From: Candidatus Buchananbacteria bacterium CG10_big_fil_rev_8_21_14_0_10_33_19
GTDB lineage: Bacteria; Patescibacteriota; Patescibacteriia; 2-01-FULL-39-33
Assembly (NCBI GenBank): GCA_002773855.1
Contig: PEZY01000012.1
Span: forward strand, 367,847 to 431,846
Direction of reading: 5' to 3'
Length of the DNA: 64,000 bases
Made by a program: the position numbers and the translations under genes. Positions within the stretch are counted from its first letter, which is position 1. Each line of letters begins with the position of its first letter. This document shows positions 39,331 through 48,382 of the stretch, piece after piece. The notes under the pieces are model-generated. The model did no database searches. It was not told where the DNA came from and was given only the letters and a program-made list of their open reading frames with translations.

Positions 39331-40323
39331 TCAGCCAATTTGCCGCTTGGAAAGCAATCCATTCTGAGCTCCAATTTTTTTAATGACTGAAGCTGAATTA
39401 TTTACCCCCCACTTTAGGGCTGTCTTAATAGTCTTATCATACAGTAAAGCTGCTGTAAAGGCAGACGAAAAAGCATCACCAATACCTACTGTATCGGCAC
39501 TTTTTACCTTGCTAGCTTTCATAAAATAATATTTTTTTCCATCATAGGCGTAAGCCCCAGTCGCTCCATCAGTAATCACTACCACTTCTGGTCCCAAGCC
39601 TTGGATATACTTTATCAAACCTTTGGTATTTTTTAATTTTTTAAATTCTAAAGCCTCATCTTTATTTAAAAATAATAACTTAACTTTTGGTAAATATTTT
39701 TTTAGTCTCGACGTACGCTTGAGCTGGGCACTACCAGGATTCCAAGCAATCTGACTGCCAGTTTTAACAATGGCATCGATAATCCCCTCCCAACCAATTT
39801 TAGGTAGTGAAGAAATATAAAACCAATCAGTTTTAAATTTATTTAAAGATAGATCCTTAGCGGCCAAGCCATCACTCGCCCCCCGATGCGCAAAAATTAT
39901 ATGTTCATTATCAGCACCCTTAACAGTTAAAATCATGGAAAAAGCTGTGGCCTTATTTTTATCAATTTTAATTAAATCAGAATTAACACCCTGACTTTTT
40001 AAATTAGCTAAAACTTTCTGACCATTATCATCCAAACCAACTTTTGCTATCACCCCAACTTTTAAACCTAATTTAGCTAATGACACCGAACTATTAGCTG
40101 CACCACCACCATAGGTTTGATAAATTTTATCAGCCAATATTTTAGCGCCGTACTCAAAAGCTAGTAATTTCTGTTTGGTCAAATTACTAGTAGAGATTAA
40201 TTCGCCCTCGCCAGAATAAAACATTAAATCACTAGTGGCCCCGCCAATAGAAACAATATCAAATTTTGAGGTTTTTAATTTAGTCATAATCAAATTATAG
40301 CAAAAAAATATTAAATTTGACAA
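39331..40323 (-). CDS. PfkB-family carbohydrate kinase (ribokinase-like)
   Basis: GG motif (GGATSDLMF), C-terminal DTVGIGDAFSSAF anion-hole motif; true start is probably the MTKLKTSKFDIV Met, 12 codons in. Confidence 0.65.
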   Translation of the reverse strand: MSNLIFFCYNLIMTKLKTSKFDIVSIGGATSDLMFYSGEGELISTSNLTKQKLLAFEYGAKILADKIYQTYGGGAANSSVSLAKLGLKVGVIAKVGLDDNGQKVLANLKSQGVNSDLIKIDKNKATAFSMILTVKGADNEHIIFAHRGASDGLAAKDLSLNKFKTDWFYISSLPKIGWEGIIDAIVKTGSQIAWNPGSAQLKRTSRLKKYLPKVKLLFLNKDEALEFKKLKNTKGLIKYIQGLGPEVVVITDGATGAYAYDGKKYYFMKASKVKSADTVGIGDAFSSAFTAALLYDKTIKTALKWGVNNSASVIKKIGAQNGLLSKRQIG

Positions 40324-40414
40324 TTAACTTTTTAAAACTCAGAAAATAGAGAACTAAAAAACCACTCATAAATATTGACGACTTAAAATAAATAATCAAC
40401 TATCTATTTATATA

Positions 40415-40867
40415 TTACCTAGTTATACTAATAGTGGCACTATTTTCGGCATTCGGAGCTGAAACAGTCACCCTGCCAGTCGTAGAATTTTTAAAAATAG
40501 TATACCCAACACCTTCACCAACTGAAGCTATGATACTTGGATCAACTGGCATAGACAAGATGTAATTTGGCACTAAATCTGTACTTAATATAATTAAAGA
40601 TGGACATGTTTCATCGTCTAAACAAATTTCTGTAGCTGTATTATTAATAGTTAATGGCAACGTTCCATTATTGTCCAAGGAAAATTGATAAACGGCATTT
40701 AAAATGATACTCACATCTATTCGTCTTTGAGCATTTCTAGTATCACCTAATTGTTTATTAGGGTTAATAGCAATAATAACAATACCGGCCAAAATACCAA
40801 TCGCCACTACCACTAATAAGATTTCTAAAAGAGTAAAACCTTTGAGTTGTGGTGGTATTTTTATCAT
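40415..40867 (-). CDS. Type IV pilin-like / pseudopilin (prepilin N-terminal methylation domain)
   Basis: KGFTLLEILLVVVAIGILAGIV: a G|FTLLE prepilin peptidase cleavage/methylation site followed by a hydrophobic helix. Confidence 0.7.
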   Translation of the reverse strand: MIKIPPQLKGFTLLEILLVVVAIGILAGIVIIAINPNKQLGDTRNAQRRIDVSIILNAVYQFSLDNNGTLPLTINNTATEICLDDETCPSLIILSTDLVPNYILSMPVDPSIIASVGEGVGYTIFKNSTTGRVTVSAPNAENSATISITR

Positions 40868-40928
40868 ACTTAAATTAATTATTTAATAATTAAATATATT
40901 ATCACACTTTATAAACCAATAAAAACAA

Positions 40929-42128
40929 TTATTTTTTTATAACCACTACTCCCTCTCTTAAAACTATGATATTACCAGCTTCTATTTTTACTAAAGTCGA
41001 TGGCGAAGATTCTAATTTACCACGATCAATATAAAAATCTACCATATTGCTAAAATATTTTTTAGCTTGACGAATAGTTAAGGCTGGATCTAAGCCTTCT
41101 GGATTAGCACTCGGTGCTACTAATGGTCCAGTTTTCCTCAGTAAAAATCTCAACCACTTATTATCTGGCAATCGAAAAGCCAAGGAATTAGTACCGCGAT
41201 GTAAATAATCTAATTTTTTATGACAACCCAAGATAACACTCACCTGGCCTGGCCAGTATTTTTGCAATATTTTTTTAGTTTTATTATCTATTTTTACGCC
41301 AAATTTATTTAAATCAGAAATTTGGCTAATTAAAATTATAAGTGGCTTATCAGGACTTCTTTTTCTAACTTTATAAATTCTTTCCACTGTATTTTTATTC
41401 AAAGCTTTACCAACTAAGCCATAAATAGTATCGGTTGGTACTACGCCAATACCGCCTTTTTTTAATATATCAATCTGTTGTTTAAAATACTTTTTAGACA
41501 ATTCATCAACACTTAATGTTTTTTTTAAATTAAAATCTCCTACTTTAGTTCTTTTTAACCCAGACATATAAGCACCCGTGTTTAAACTGGTACCAATATC
41601 TCGGGCCAAAGATCTAATATAAACTCCAGAACCACAAACCACCTTTATTTGAAGATCGGGAAATTTATACTTTAAAATTTTTATACTTTTAATTTCAACC
41701 GGTCTAGCTTGAAGTTCTATTGATTCACCATTTCTAGCTAGCTTATAAGATCTTCTCCCATGGACTTTGATGGCACTATACACAGGTGGAATTTGATTTA
41801 TCACACCAATAAATTTACTTATTGAGCTACTAACCTCATTACGCGTTATGTGTTTTATGTTTTGCATTATGTGTTTTATACCCTCTTCATCATCGGTCGT
41901 ACTAGAAATACCTAATTTAATATCAGCTACATATTCTTTTTCACCTCGAACAATATTGTCTAGTTGTCTAGTAGCTTCTCGTCCCAAGCCTACCACTAAA
42001 ATACCCTCAGCGAGCGGATCTAAAGTACCAGCATGACCAACCCTTTGTTCGCCGGTCGCTTTTTTAATTTGAGCAATTAAACTATAAGAGCTAGGCCCTT
42101 TTGGTTTATAAACTGCAAAGATATTCAT
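40929..42128 (-). CDS. Fusion protein: tRNA pseudouridine-55 synthase TruB (N-terminal) + L-threonylcarbamoyladenylate synthase TsaC/YrdC domain (C-terminal)
   Basis: N-terminus: GHAGTLDPLAEGILVVGLG catalytic Asp motif of TruB. C-terminus: VVPTDTIYGLVG, KPLIILIS and PSANPEG motifs of YrdC/Sua5. Confidence 0.65.
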   Translation of the reverse strand: MNIFAVYKPKGPSSYSLIAQIKKATGEQRVGHAGTLDPLAEGILVVGLGREATRQLDNIVRGEKEYVADIKLGISSTTDDEEGIKHIMQNIKHITRNEVSSSISKFIGVINQIPPVYSAIKVHGRRSYKLARNGESIELQARPVEIKSIKILKYKFPDLQIKVVCGSGVYIRSLARDIGTSLNTGAYMSGLKRTKVGDFNLKKTLSVDELSKKYFKQQIDILKKGGIGVVPTDTIYGLVGKALNKNTVERIYKVRKRSPDKPLIILISQISDLNKFGVKIDNKTKKILQKYWPGQVSVILGCHKKLDYLHRGTNSLAFRLPDNKWLRFLLRKTGPLVAPSANPEGLDPALTIRQAKKYFSNMVDFYIDRGKLESSPSTLVKIEAGNIIVLREGVVVIKK

Positions 42129-42224
42129 AACTTTGACATTACTAATTTAATCAGATATAATATATTTCTGTCGCACATTTAAAGAACAATATCTAAAAAC
42201 AAAAACCAGAAGGATATTTACCAA

Positions 42225-42386
42225 TATGTTTTTAGTAGCCCAAGAAAAATGTGGCTGCCTCTGCCATACCCTGGCCGGAGGCATGACGCATAAAATTAAT
42301 TGTTGTAAAACCTGTCCCTATTGTCAGAAAAATATTAAACCAGAATTCTACAGAAAACATACCAAAAGATGTAAAAAAGAACACAC
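42225..42386 (+). CDS. Small Cys/His-rich zinc-finger protein, family member 1 (53 aa; below the ORF-track size cutoff)
   Basis: MFLVAQEKCGCLCHTLAGGMTHKINCCKTCPYCQKNIKPEFYRKHTKRCKKEHTNN; shares the C.C.CH…CC..CP.C…(I/F)…(K/E)H…C pattern with three downstream genes; own terminator at 42404-42436. Confidence 0.5.
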
Positions 42387-42403
42387 TAATAACTAGATTG
42401 TTA

Positions 42404-42436
42404 TTGCCCCTTAACTCACTAAGGGGCTTTTTTTAT
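42404..42436 (+). terminator. Terminator after zinc-finger gene 1
   Basis: gcccctt-aactcact-aaggggc + T7. Confidence 0.7.
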
Positions 42437-42542
42437 TTAAAAAAAATACACTTTTAATTATTGACTTTATACCTATAATATGGTAATTTTTAATTAGTGG
42501 TTTATATGATTTAATTAGCAATTCTCTTTGGAGGATCTCAAG

Positions 42543-42737
42543 ATGTTTAAGCCAAAGAATGTTTTTAGAATTGAAATTTGTCATTGTGATGACAGTGGTC
42601 AAGATAATAAAAACAAAGACACTAAAACACCTTGTCATGCCATCTGTCCATTTTGTAATGAGAAAATTAGAATCAATTTTTTAGTCAAACATCTAACTGT
42701 TTGTGAAAAAAGACGTCCAGCTAAACATAAACTTTAA
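42543..42737 (+). CDS. Small Cys/His-rich zinc-finger protein, family member 2 (64 aa)
   Basis: GGAGG RBS 8 nt before ATG (the ORF-track TTG start at 42528 is unlikely); ICHCDD…CHAICPFCNEKIRINFLVKHLTVCEKRR. Confidence 0.55.
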   Translation: MFKPKNVFRIEICHCDDSGQDNKNKDTKTPCHAICPFCNEKIRINFLVKHLTVCEKRRPAKHKL

Positions 42738-42785
42738 ATCAATAATAGCACATTATCACAACTCAAAACAAGAAAGGGTGGCATC

Positions 42786-43016
42786 ATGGACCACTTTGGT
42801 GAATGTGATTGTGATTGTCATAATCCAAACATTATAGGTCAAATTAATCATGTTGGGCCATGTTGTTATGAATGCCCATATTGTCAAATGCGAATCACTC
42901 CGGGGTTTATTGATTTTCATAAGGCGGAGTGTCAAAAGAAAATTGAAGAGTATCTTAAGACGCAAGACACTTTTAATCCTATTGACTCCAACAAAACAGA
43001 AAACAAGAAAGGGTAA
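42786..43016 (+). CDS. Small Cys/His-rich zinc-finger protein, family member 3 (76 aa)
   Basis: GECDCDCHNPN…CCYECPYCQMRITPGFIDFHKAECQKK; aaGGGTGG RBS. Confidence 0.55.
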   Translation: MDHFGECDCDCHNPNIIGQINHVGPCCYECPYCQMRITPGFIDFHKAECQKKIEEYLKTQDTFNPIDSNKTENKKG

Positions 43017-43020
43017 TACC

Positions 43021-43347
43021 ATGGTCGTGAATGATTTTGAAATTTGTCATTGTAGATGTCATAATAATCCAAACATAATGCACTGCATGCCTTGTTGTCT
43101 ACCTTGTCATTATTGTGGAGCTAATATTAAACATTTTTATTTTGAAAAACATGTAACTGATTGTCAAGCGGCCATCAAAAATCAATGTACTAGTGACAGC
43201 GAATTATGTGATTGCGCCTTTCATCAATTACCAAGCCGTTGTTCGCCAGCTTGCTGTAAAGAATGCCCTAAATGTAAGTTGCACATTAAAGAAAAATTCT
43301 TTGCTGAGCATCTAGAAAAATGCTCGGGTAAAAAACCCAAAAAATAA
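43021..43347 (+). CDS. Small Cys/His-rich zinc-finger protein, family member 4 (two tandem finger modules, 108 aa)
   Basis: The ATG at 43021 follows the same aacaagaaagggt RBS context as member 3; ICHCRCHNNPN…CCLPCHYCGANIKHFYFEKHVTDC plus a second CDCAFH…CCKECPKCKLHIKEKFFAEHLEKC module; the ORF-track frame 42850-43347 is an upstream extension overlapping gene 3. Confidence 0.5.
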   Translation: MVVNDFEICHCRCHNNPNIMHCMPCCLPCHYCGANIKHFYFEKHVTDCQAAIKNQCTSDSELCDCAFHQLPSRCSPACCKECPKCKLHIKEKFFAEHLEKCSGKKPKK

Positions 43348-43348
43348 A

Positions 43349-43376
43349 AGTCTCAGACAATGAGACTTTTTTTATT
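43349..43376 (+). terminator. Terminator after zinc-finger array
   Basis: agtctca-gacaa-tgagact + T7. Confidence 0.7.
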
Positions 43377-44547
43377 TACCAACACTATAAAATCTATTGC
43401 GTCTTTTGCGTCGCCCCGCCGAATTACCAAATCGATGAGCTTCATCTCTAGCTTTAGTAATTAATTCCCGTTGGGACTTAGCCAACTCTTTAACGGCCAT
43501 ACTAGTTTTAATTGGAAAAACCATTCTATCTCCGGCCAATTTAGACAAGCCAATAATTGGAATACTAATACCAATTCTTTTTAAAACTTGATTGACATAA
43601 TCAATCTGTGGCTTACCGCCATCAATTAAAATTAAATTAGGAAATGGCCACTCAATGTGTTTAAATCTTCTCGTCAACATTTCTTCTAGACTTCTCAAAT
43701 CATCACTAGCTGGCGCCGTTTTAATATTAAACAAGCGATACTGATCTTTAGCTAATTGACCATTAATAACCACTGACATCGCGCCAACCGTTTCTTGACC
43801 AGTAAAGTGTGAAATATCATAACCCTCTATTCGATTTTTACCATGATTATTACTAAGTTCATCTTTGGTAATTAGTGTCACATCTTGAATATTTTTTAAA
43901 GCCGATAACACTTCGGGATTTTCTTTTTTTAATTTTGCCAGCAACCTTTTCTTTTCACCTTTAAACAATAAAACAATATTTAAAATATTTTTCTTATAAT
44001 CTTTTTTATTAATTTCCCCAATACAAGTACCGGGACATAATCCCACTTGATAATCAAAACAGGGTTTACCAGAATTTGGCGTGCAAGTACTATAAGGGAA
44101 AATCCGTCTGATAATTCGTAAAGTATTTTTTAACAACGTGGCATTTTGATAAGGTCCAAAAATATAAGCATCGGTAGTTGGAAACTTATTTAATTCTCGT
44201 TCCCGAATAATAATGGGGTAAGCATAATCTTTTTTAGAAATTACAATAAAAATAAACGACCGATGATCCTTATCCTTCACATTATACTTAGGCCAATGTT
44301 TTTTAATCAAATTAGCTTCCAAAATAATCGCTTCTAACACTGTGTCGGTTTGCTGGTGTTTAATATTTTGCGCTAAAGACACCATTTCACTAATTCGCGA
44401 ATCAATATCGAGTCGAAAATATTGCAAAACTCGACGCCGCAGACTAGTGGCGCGACCAATATAAAGAATCTCGCCCTTTTGGCCGATGAACATATACACC
44501 CCCGGTGTTAATGGTAAATTTTTCGCTAAATCTTTAATGTTTTTCAT
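43372..44547 (-). CDS. uvrC: UvrC-like excinuclease, short form (GIY-YIG + RNase H-like endonuclease domain; no UVR or (HhH)2 domains)
   Basis: N-terminal GIY-YIG (GVYMFIGQKGEILYIGRATSLRRR), Cys-rich box CFDYQVGLCPGTC, C-terminal IEGYDISHF…LILIDGGKPQI endonuclease domain; only 391 aa. Confidence 0.65.
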   Translation of the reverse strand: MKNIKDLAKNLPLTPGVYMFIGQKGEILYIGRATSLRRRVLQYFRLDIDSRISEMVSLAQNIKHQQTDTVLEAIILEANLIKKHWPKYNVKDKDHRSFIFIVISKKDYAYPIIIRERELNKFPTTDAYIFGPYQNATLLKNTLRIIRRIFPYSTCTPNSGKPCFDYQVGLCPGTCIGEINKKDYKKNILNIVLLFKGEKKRLLAKLKKENPEVLSALKNIQDVTLITKDELSNNHGKNRIEGYDISHFTGQETVGAMSVVINGQLAKDQYRLFNIKTAPASDDLRSLEEMLTRRFKHIEWPFPNLILIDGGKPQIDYVNQVLKRIGISIPIIGLSKLAGDRMVFPIKTSMAVKELAKSQRELITKARDEAHRFGNSAGRRKRRNRFYSVGK

Positions 44548-44560
44548 AAATTAACTGCTA

Positions 44561-44589
44561 TTGACAAAATACCATAAATATGATATAAT
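44561..44589 (+). promoter_or_regulatory. Perfect consensus promoter TTGACA-17-TATAAT
   Basis: TTGACA at 44561-44566, 17-nt spacer, TATAAT at 44584-44589; drives small gene 44638-44832. Confidence 0.65.
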
Positions 44590-44637
44590 TACAACAGTGT
44601 TGTACATTACTTTTGGCAAAAATTGGAGGAACTTGTT

Positions 44638-44832
44638 ATGCTCTGGATTATCCTGCGTGATTTCCACGCATCACTTGCAGACATGAAGGCCGCTGTCGAA
44701 CTTTTCAAGGAAGTTCATAGCGCTGAATCTCGGGGCCTTGGTCCAGCGATGATTGGCGGTCTCGTTTTCGAGACCAAGGGTGATATTCCATCTGAAGACC
44801 AGCTGGTCTTGGGCATCATCCCCTTCAGCTAG
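44638..44832 (+). CDS. Small hypothetical protein (64 aa) with atypical GC-rich codon usage
   Basis: GGAGG 8 nt before ATG; strong hairpin terminator at 44858-44898; codons mostly G/C-ending (ctg cgt gat ttc cac gca…), unlike the surrounding genome. Confidence 0.5.
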   Translation: MLWIILRDFHASLADMKAAVELFKEVHSAESRGLGPAMIGGLVFETKGDIPSEDQLVLGIIPFS

Positions 44833-44857
44833 CCTTTGACTAGTGGACATCAATTTT

Positions 44858-44898
44858 GGACTCTTAACTGCTAATCACAGTTAACGAGTCCTTTTTTA
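44858..44898 (+). terminator. Terminator after small gene
   Basis: ggactcttaactg…cagttaacgagtcc long hairpin + T6. Confidence 0.7.
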
Positions 44899-44944
44899 TT
44901 TTACCATAAATTGTTATACTAGCCTTATCGTGGAGGAAAAAATC

Positions 44945-45223
44945 ATGTTCATTCACAAAGAAATATATAACAAAATTTTCCACCAACCATTATTTCAACT
45001 AGATTTAAGTGGCGGTAAAGGTATACTTCTGATTCACAATTTACTTTGGGTTGTCGGTTTTACTATGATTATTACCGCTGTCGGCTATGCCTTGGGTCTT
45101 TATGATGAAACTGAAAATAAAAAAGATTTCAAAATTCCCAAAGATGTTATTTATATTTTCTTTATCGGACTAGCAATATTTTTAGCTAGTTTTTATGTTC
45201 CTATCCCTATTGTGCGTCAATAG
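44945..45223 (+). CDS. Small membrane protein (2 TM), hypothetical
   Basis: GGAGG RBS before MFIHKEIY…; two hydrophobic helices; the ORF-track start at 44930 is less likely. Confidence 0.4.
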   Translation: MFIHKEIYNKIFHQPLFQLDLSGGKGILLIHNLLWVVGFTMIITAVGYALGLYDETENKKDFKIPKDVIYIFFIGLAIFLASFYVPIPIVRQ

Positions 45224-45257
45224 GGATTTTTTATCATATAAATATCTTCATAAACCT

Positions 45258-45481
45258 GCGACAATTAAAAAATTTAAGGAGAAGATGAAACGAGAGCCCT
45301 GGCGATTGGGCGTCGTCTACATCCAAAATTTTCAACTGTTTGAACCATTTTCGACATATCTAGAATAATGAAAATGGTGAGTTTTGAAAATTAGCCAGGC
45401 GAAGTTTTAGATTCGACTATAAATTTTTTACTGTCGCGATTTTTGCGGTACTTTTTCTAAAAAAGTACCAAGGTGATTTAG
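45258..45481. repeat. Copy A of a ~225-bp hairpin-rich direct repeat (downstream of uvrA)
   Basis: About 85% identical to 48125-48356; conserved blocks gcgacaatt…aaggagaagatgaaacgagagccct.gcgattgggcgt.gtctac…gttttgaaaattagc…cgaagttttag.ttcgactataaattttttactgtcgcgatttttgcggtactttttctaaaaaagtacca. Confidence 0.75.
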
Positions 45482-45520
45482 AATAAAATTAGAAATTGAA
45501 AATTGAAAATTAATCCAAGT

Positions 45521-48115
45521 CTATTTCAAATACTCCTTAATATACTTGCCGGTCACACTCTTGGGGTCTTTCATCACCTGCTCTGGTGTCCCCTTAGCTA
45601 CAATATAGCCACCACGGTCGCCACCCTCGGGACCTAAATCAATTACATAATCAGCGGCATGAATAATATGTAAATTATGTTCAATGACGGCAATGCTATT
45701 TTGTCGATCGATTAATTTGTTTAATACTCCTAACAACAGTTCAATATCATGATAATGTAAACCAACAGTTGGCTCGTCCAGTAAATACAAAGTTTTTCGA
45801 CCCAAAGTATGCGTTAACTCTCTAGCCAATTTTATCCGCTGAGCTTCACCACCAGACAAAGTGGTCGCACTTTGACCTAATTGTAAATAACACAAGCCAA
45901 CTTCCTGTAAGACCTTTAATTTATCAGTGATCTGATAATGAGTATCAAAATAATCTATGGCCTCATCAATGGTTAAAGCTAGTACTTCGGAAATATTTTT
46001 ACCCTTATATTTCACCTGCAAAGTCTCCCGATTAAAACGCTTGCCATGACAGACTTCACACTCCACTGTTACCGCTGGCAAAAAATGCATTTCAATTAAA
46101 TTAACACCAGCCCCATCACAAGCTTCACACCGACCGCCCGGACGATTAAAAGAAAACCGCGACAAAGTATAACTTCGCTCTCGTGATTCTGGCAACATAG
46201 CAAAGAATTCTCTAATTGGTGTAAAAATACCGGTGTAAGTGGCTGGATTAGACCGAGGCGTTCGACCAATTGGCGATTGATCCACAATCACCACCCGATT
46301 AATATATTCAGTGCCAATAATTTTTGACACATCTTCTAAGTCCTCTTTTTTAACATTGGTCGCCAGTCGTGGATTGGCTTTTATTTTTTGAACATTTTTA
46401 TATAAGACATCATATAACAAAGATGATTTACCGCTACCAGACACCCCAGTAATACAGACCATTTTTCTAAGTGGAATATCCACTTGAACATTTTTTAAAT
46501 TATTAGCTCGCGCCCCAATAATTTTAATGGCTTCGCTAGTTGTCGTTCTTCTATTTGAGGCAGTTTCAATAAATCTCTCGCCTCGTAAATATTCTAAAGT
46601 CAAAGATTTTTGGGGATTAGTCTTTTTTAATAATTCTTTAGTCTCACCAATCGCTACTACTTCACCACCATGACGTCCAGCCAGTGGCCCTAAATCCACT
46701 AGATAATCCGAAGCCATAATTGTCCGCTCATCATGCTCGACAATAATCACGCTATTACCCTGATCTTTTAAAGCTTTTAGAGTTTTAATTAATCTTTCGG
46801 TATCTCTTTCGTGTAAGCCAATAGTTGGCTCGTCAAGTACATAAAGGGTTTTAGACAAATGCGAACCGATTTGTGAACCCAGTCTAATTCGTTGCGCCTC
46901 GCCACCAGATAATGTTTCCGCTTCGCGACTAAGCGACAAATAATTTAAACCTACCTGCAACAAGAAATCCAAACGATCACCAATCTCAATCACGACATTT
47001 TCGGCAATTTCTTTTTGACGGCTGGTCATTTTATTATGATAATCCACAAAAAAAGCATAAGCCTGTTCTATCGACAACGCACTGACTTCGGCTATATTTT
47101 TTTTATTAATTTTAACTGCCAATGGTTCGGCTCGCAATCTTTGGCCATGACACGACAAACAAGGTTCAATATTTTTCTCATATTTATTTTTATACTCACC
47201 TATTTCTTCGCCTTGATCATCAAATTTCTTTTTGGCTCCCCATTCTACTACTCGGCCTAAACCATTACACTTCTCACAAGCTCCGTGTGGACTATTAAAA
47301 GAAAATAATCTTGGCTCCACTTCAGGAAAGGCAAAGCCATCATTAGGGCAAGTCCAATTAGAGGACAACAAAAATTCTGGACTATCTTGTTTCTTTTCTC
47401 TAAACAAAGCAATAGCCAGTCCAGTGGCATAATTAATTGAATTTTCTACCGCTTCCGACAAACGACCTTCATCACTAATCATCACGCGATCAATCACAAT
47501 ATCAATACTGTGCTTGCTATGTCTAGCTAGTTTTACTTTTTCATGTAGCGAATAAAATTGACCATCAATTCTAGCTTCGGAAAAACCCAAAGCTAAATAA
47601 TCATAAAGCAACTGATAATATTCCCCTTTTCTATCGACGACAACAGGTGAAAGAATAGTAACATATTCTTCGTCCAACTCTTTGGCCCGGGATTTGATGA
47701 TATCAATCATCTCATCGAGTGCTAATTTATCAATTTTATGATTACATTTTGGACAATAAACTTCTCCTAACCGAGCATATAAAACGCGCAAATAATCATA
47801 AATTTCAGTCAGGGTGCCGACGGTAGACCGTGGATTATGCGACAAAGCCTTTTGGTCAATAGAAATAGATGGCGCTAGGCCAATGATTTCATCAACATCA
47901 GCCGGTTTCATTTGGCCCAAAAATTGCCGGGCATAAGGTGACAAAGATTCGATATAGCGTCGTTGGCCTTCAGCAAAAATGGTATCAAAAGCGAGTGATG
48001 ATTTACCACTGCCGGAGACACCAGTAAAAGCCACCAACTTGTTATGGGGTATTTCTAAACTAACATTTTTTAAATTGTGTACCCGCGCTCCACGGATGAT
48101 TATACTATCTTTCAT
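45521..48115 (-). CDS. uvrA: Excinuclease ABC subunit A
   Basis: Two ABC ATPase modules ([10 protein letters not shown] twice; LSGGEAQRI signature twice); zinc-finger Cys pairs. Confidence 0.9.
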   Translation of the reverse strand: MKDSIIIRGARVHNLKNVSLEIPHNKLVAFTGVSGSGKSSLAFDTIFAEGQRRYIESLSPYARQFLGQMKPADVDEIIGLAPSISIDQKALSHNPRSTVGTLTEIYDYLRVLYARLGEVYCPKCNHKIDKLALDEMIDIIKSRAKELDEEYVTILSPVVVDRKGEYYQLLYDYLALGFSEARIDGQFYSLHEKVKLARHSKHSIDIVIDRVMISDEGRLSEAVENSINYATGLAIALFREKKQDSPEFLLSSNWTCPNDGFAFPEVEPRLFSFNSPHGACEKCNGLGRVVEWGAKKKFDDQGEEIGEYKNKYEKNIEPCLSCHGQRLRAEPLAVKINKKNIAEVSALSIEQAYAFFVDYHNKMTSRQKEIAENVVIEIGDRLDFLLQVGLNYLSLSREAETLSGGEAQRIRLGSQIGSHLSKTLYVLDEPTIGLHERDTERLIKTLKALKDQGNSVIIVEHDERTIMASDYLVDLGPLAGRHGGEVVAIGETKELLKKTNPQKSLTLEYLRGERFIETASNRRTTTSEAIKIIGARANNLKNVQVDIPLRKMVCITGVSGSGKSSLLYDVLYKNVQKIKANPRLATNVKKEDLEDVSKIIGTEYINRVVIVDQSPIGRTPRSNPATYTGIFTPIREFFAMLPESRERSYTLSRFSFNRPGGRCEACDGAGVNLIEMHFLPAVTVECEVCHGKRFNRETLQVKYKGKNISEVLALTIDEAIDYFDTHYQITDKLKVLQEVGLCYLQLGQSATTLSGGEAQRIKLARELTHTLGRKTLYLLDEPTVGLHYHDIELLLGVLNKLIDRQNSIAVIEHNLHIIHAADYVIDLGPEGGDRGGYIVAKGTPEQVMKDPKSVTGKYIKEYLK

Positions 48116-48124
48116 ATTATATAA

Positions 48125-48356
48125 ATAAATTAATGCGACAATTTTAAAATTTAAGGAGAAGATGAAACGAGAGCCCTAGCGATTGGGCGTTGTCTACGCC
48201 CAAAATTTTCAATGTTTGAGAAACTTGTTCACTTATTTAAATAAAAAAGTTTCGAGTTTTGAAAATTAGCGGGACGAAGTTTTAGCTTCGACTATAAATT
48301 TTTTACTGTCGCGATTTTTGCGGTACTTTTTCTAAAAAAGTACCAATGTGATTTAG
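48125..48356. repeat. Copy B of the ~225-bp direct repeat (between uvrB and uvrA)
   Basis: See copy A; contains hairpins gggcgttgtctacgccc, cgaagc…cttcg and ggtactttttctaaaaaagtacc. Confidence 0.75.
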
Positions 48357-48382
48357 TGATATAAAAAACTATCCCAAAAAAC

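Noticed and set aside
45281-45361. AAGGAG-ATG mini-ORF inside repeat copy A (26 codons)
   Set aside because: The equivalent frame in copy B stops after 5 codons, so the coding capacity is not conserved.
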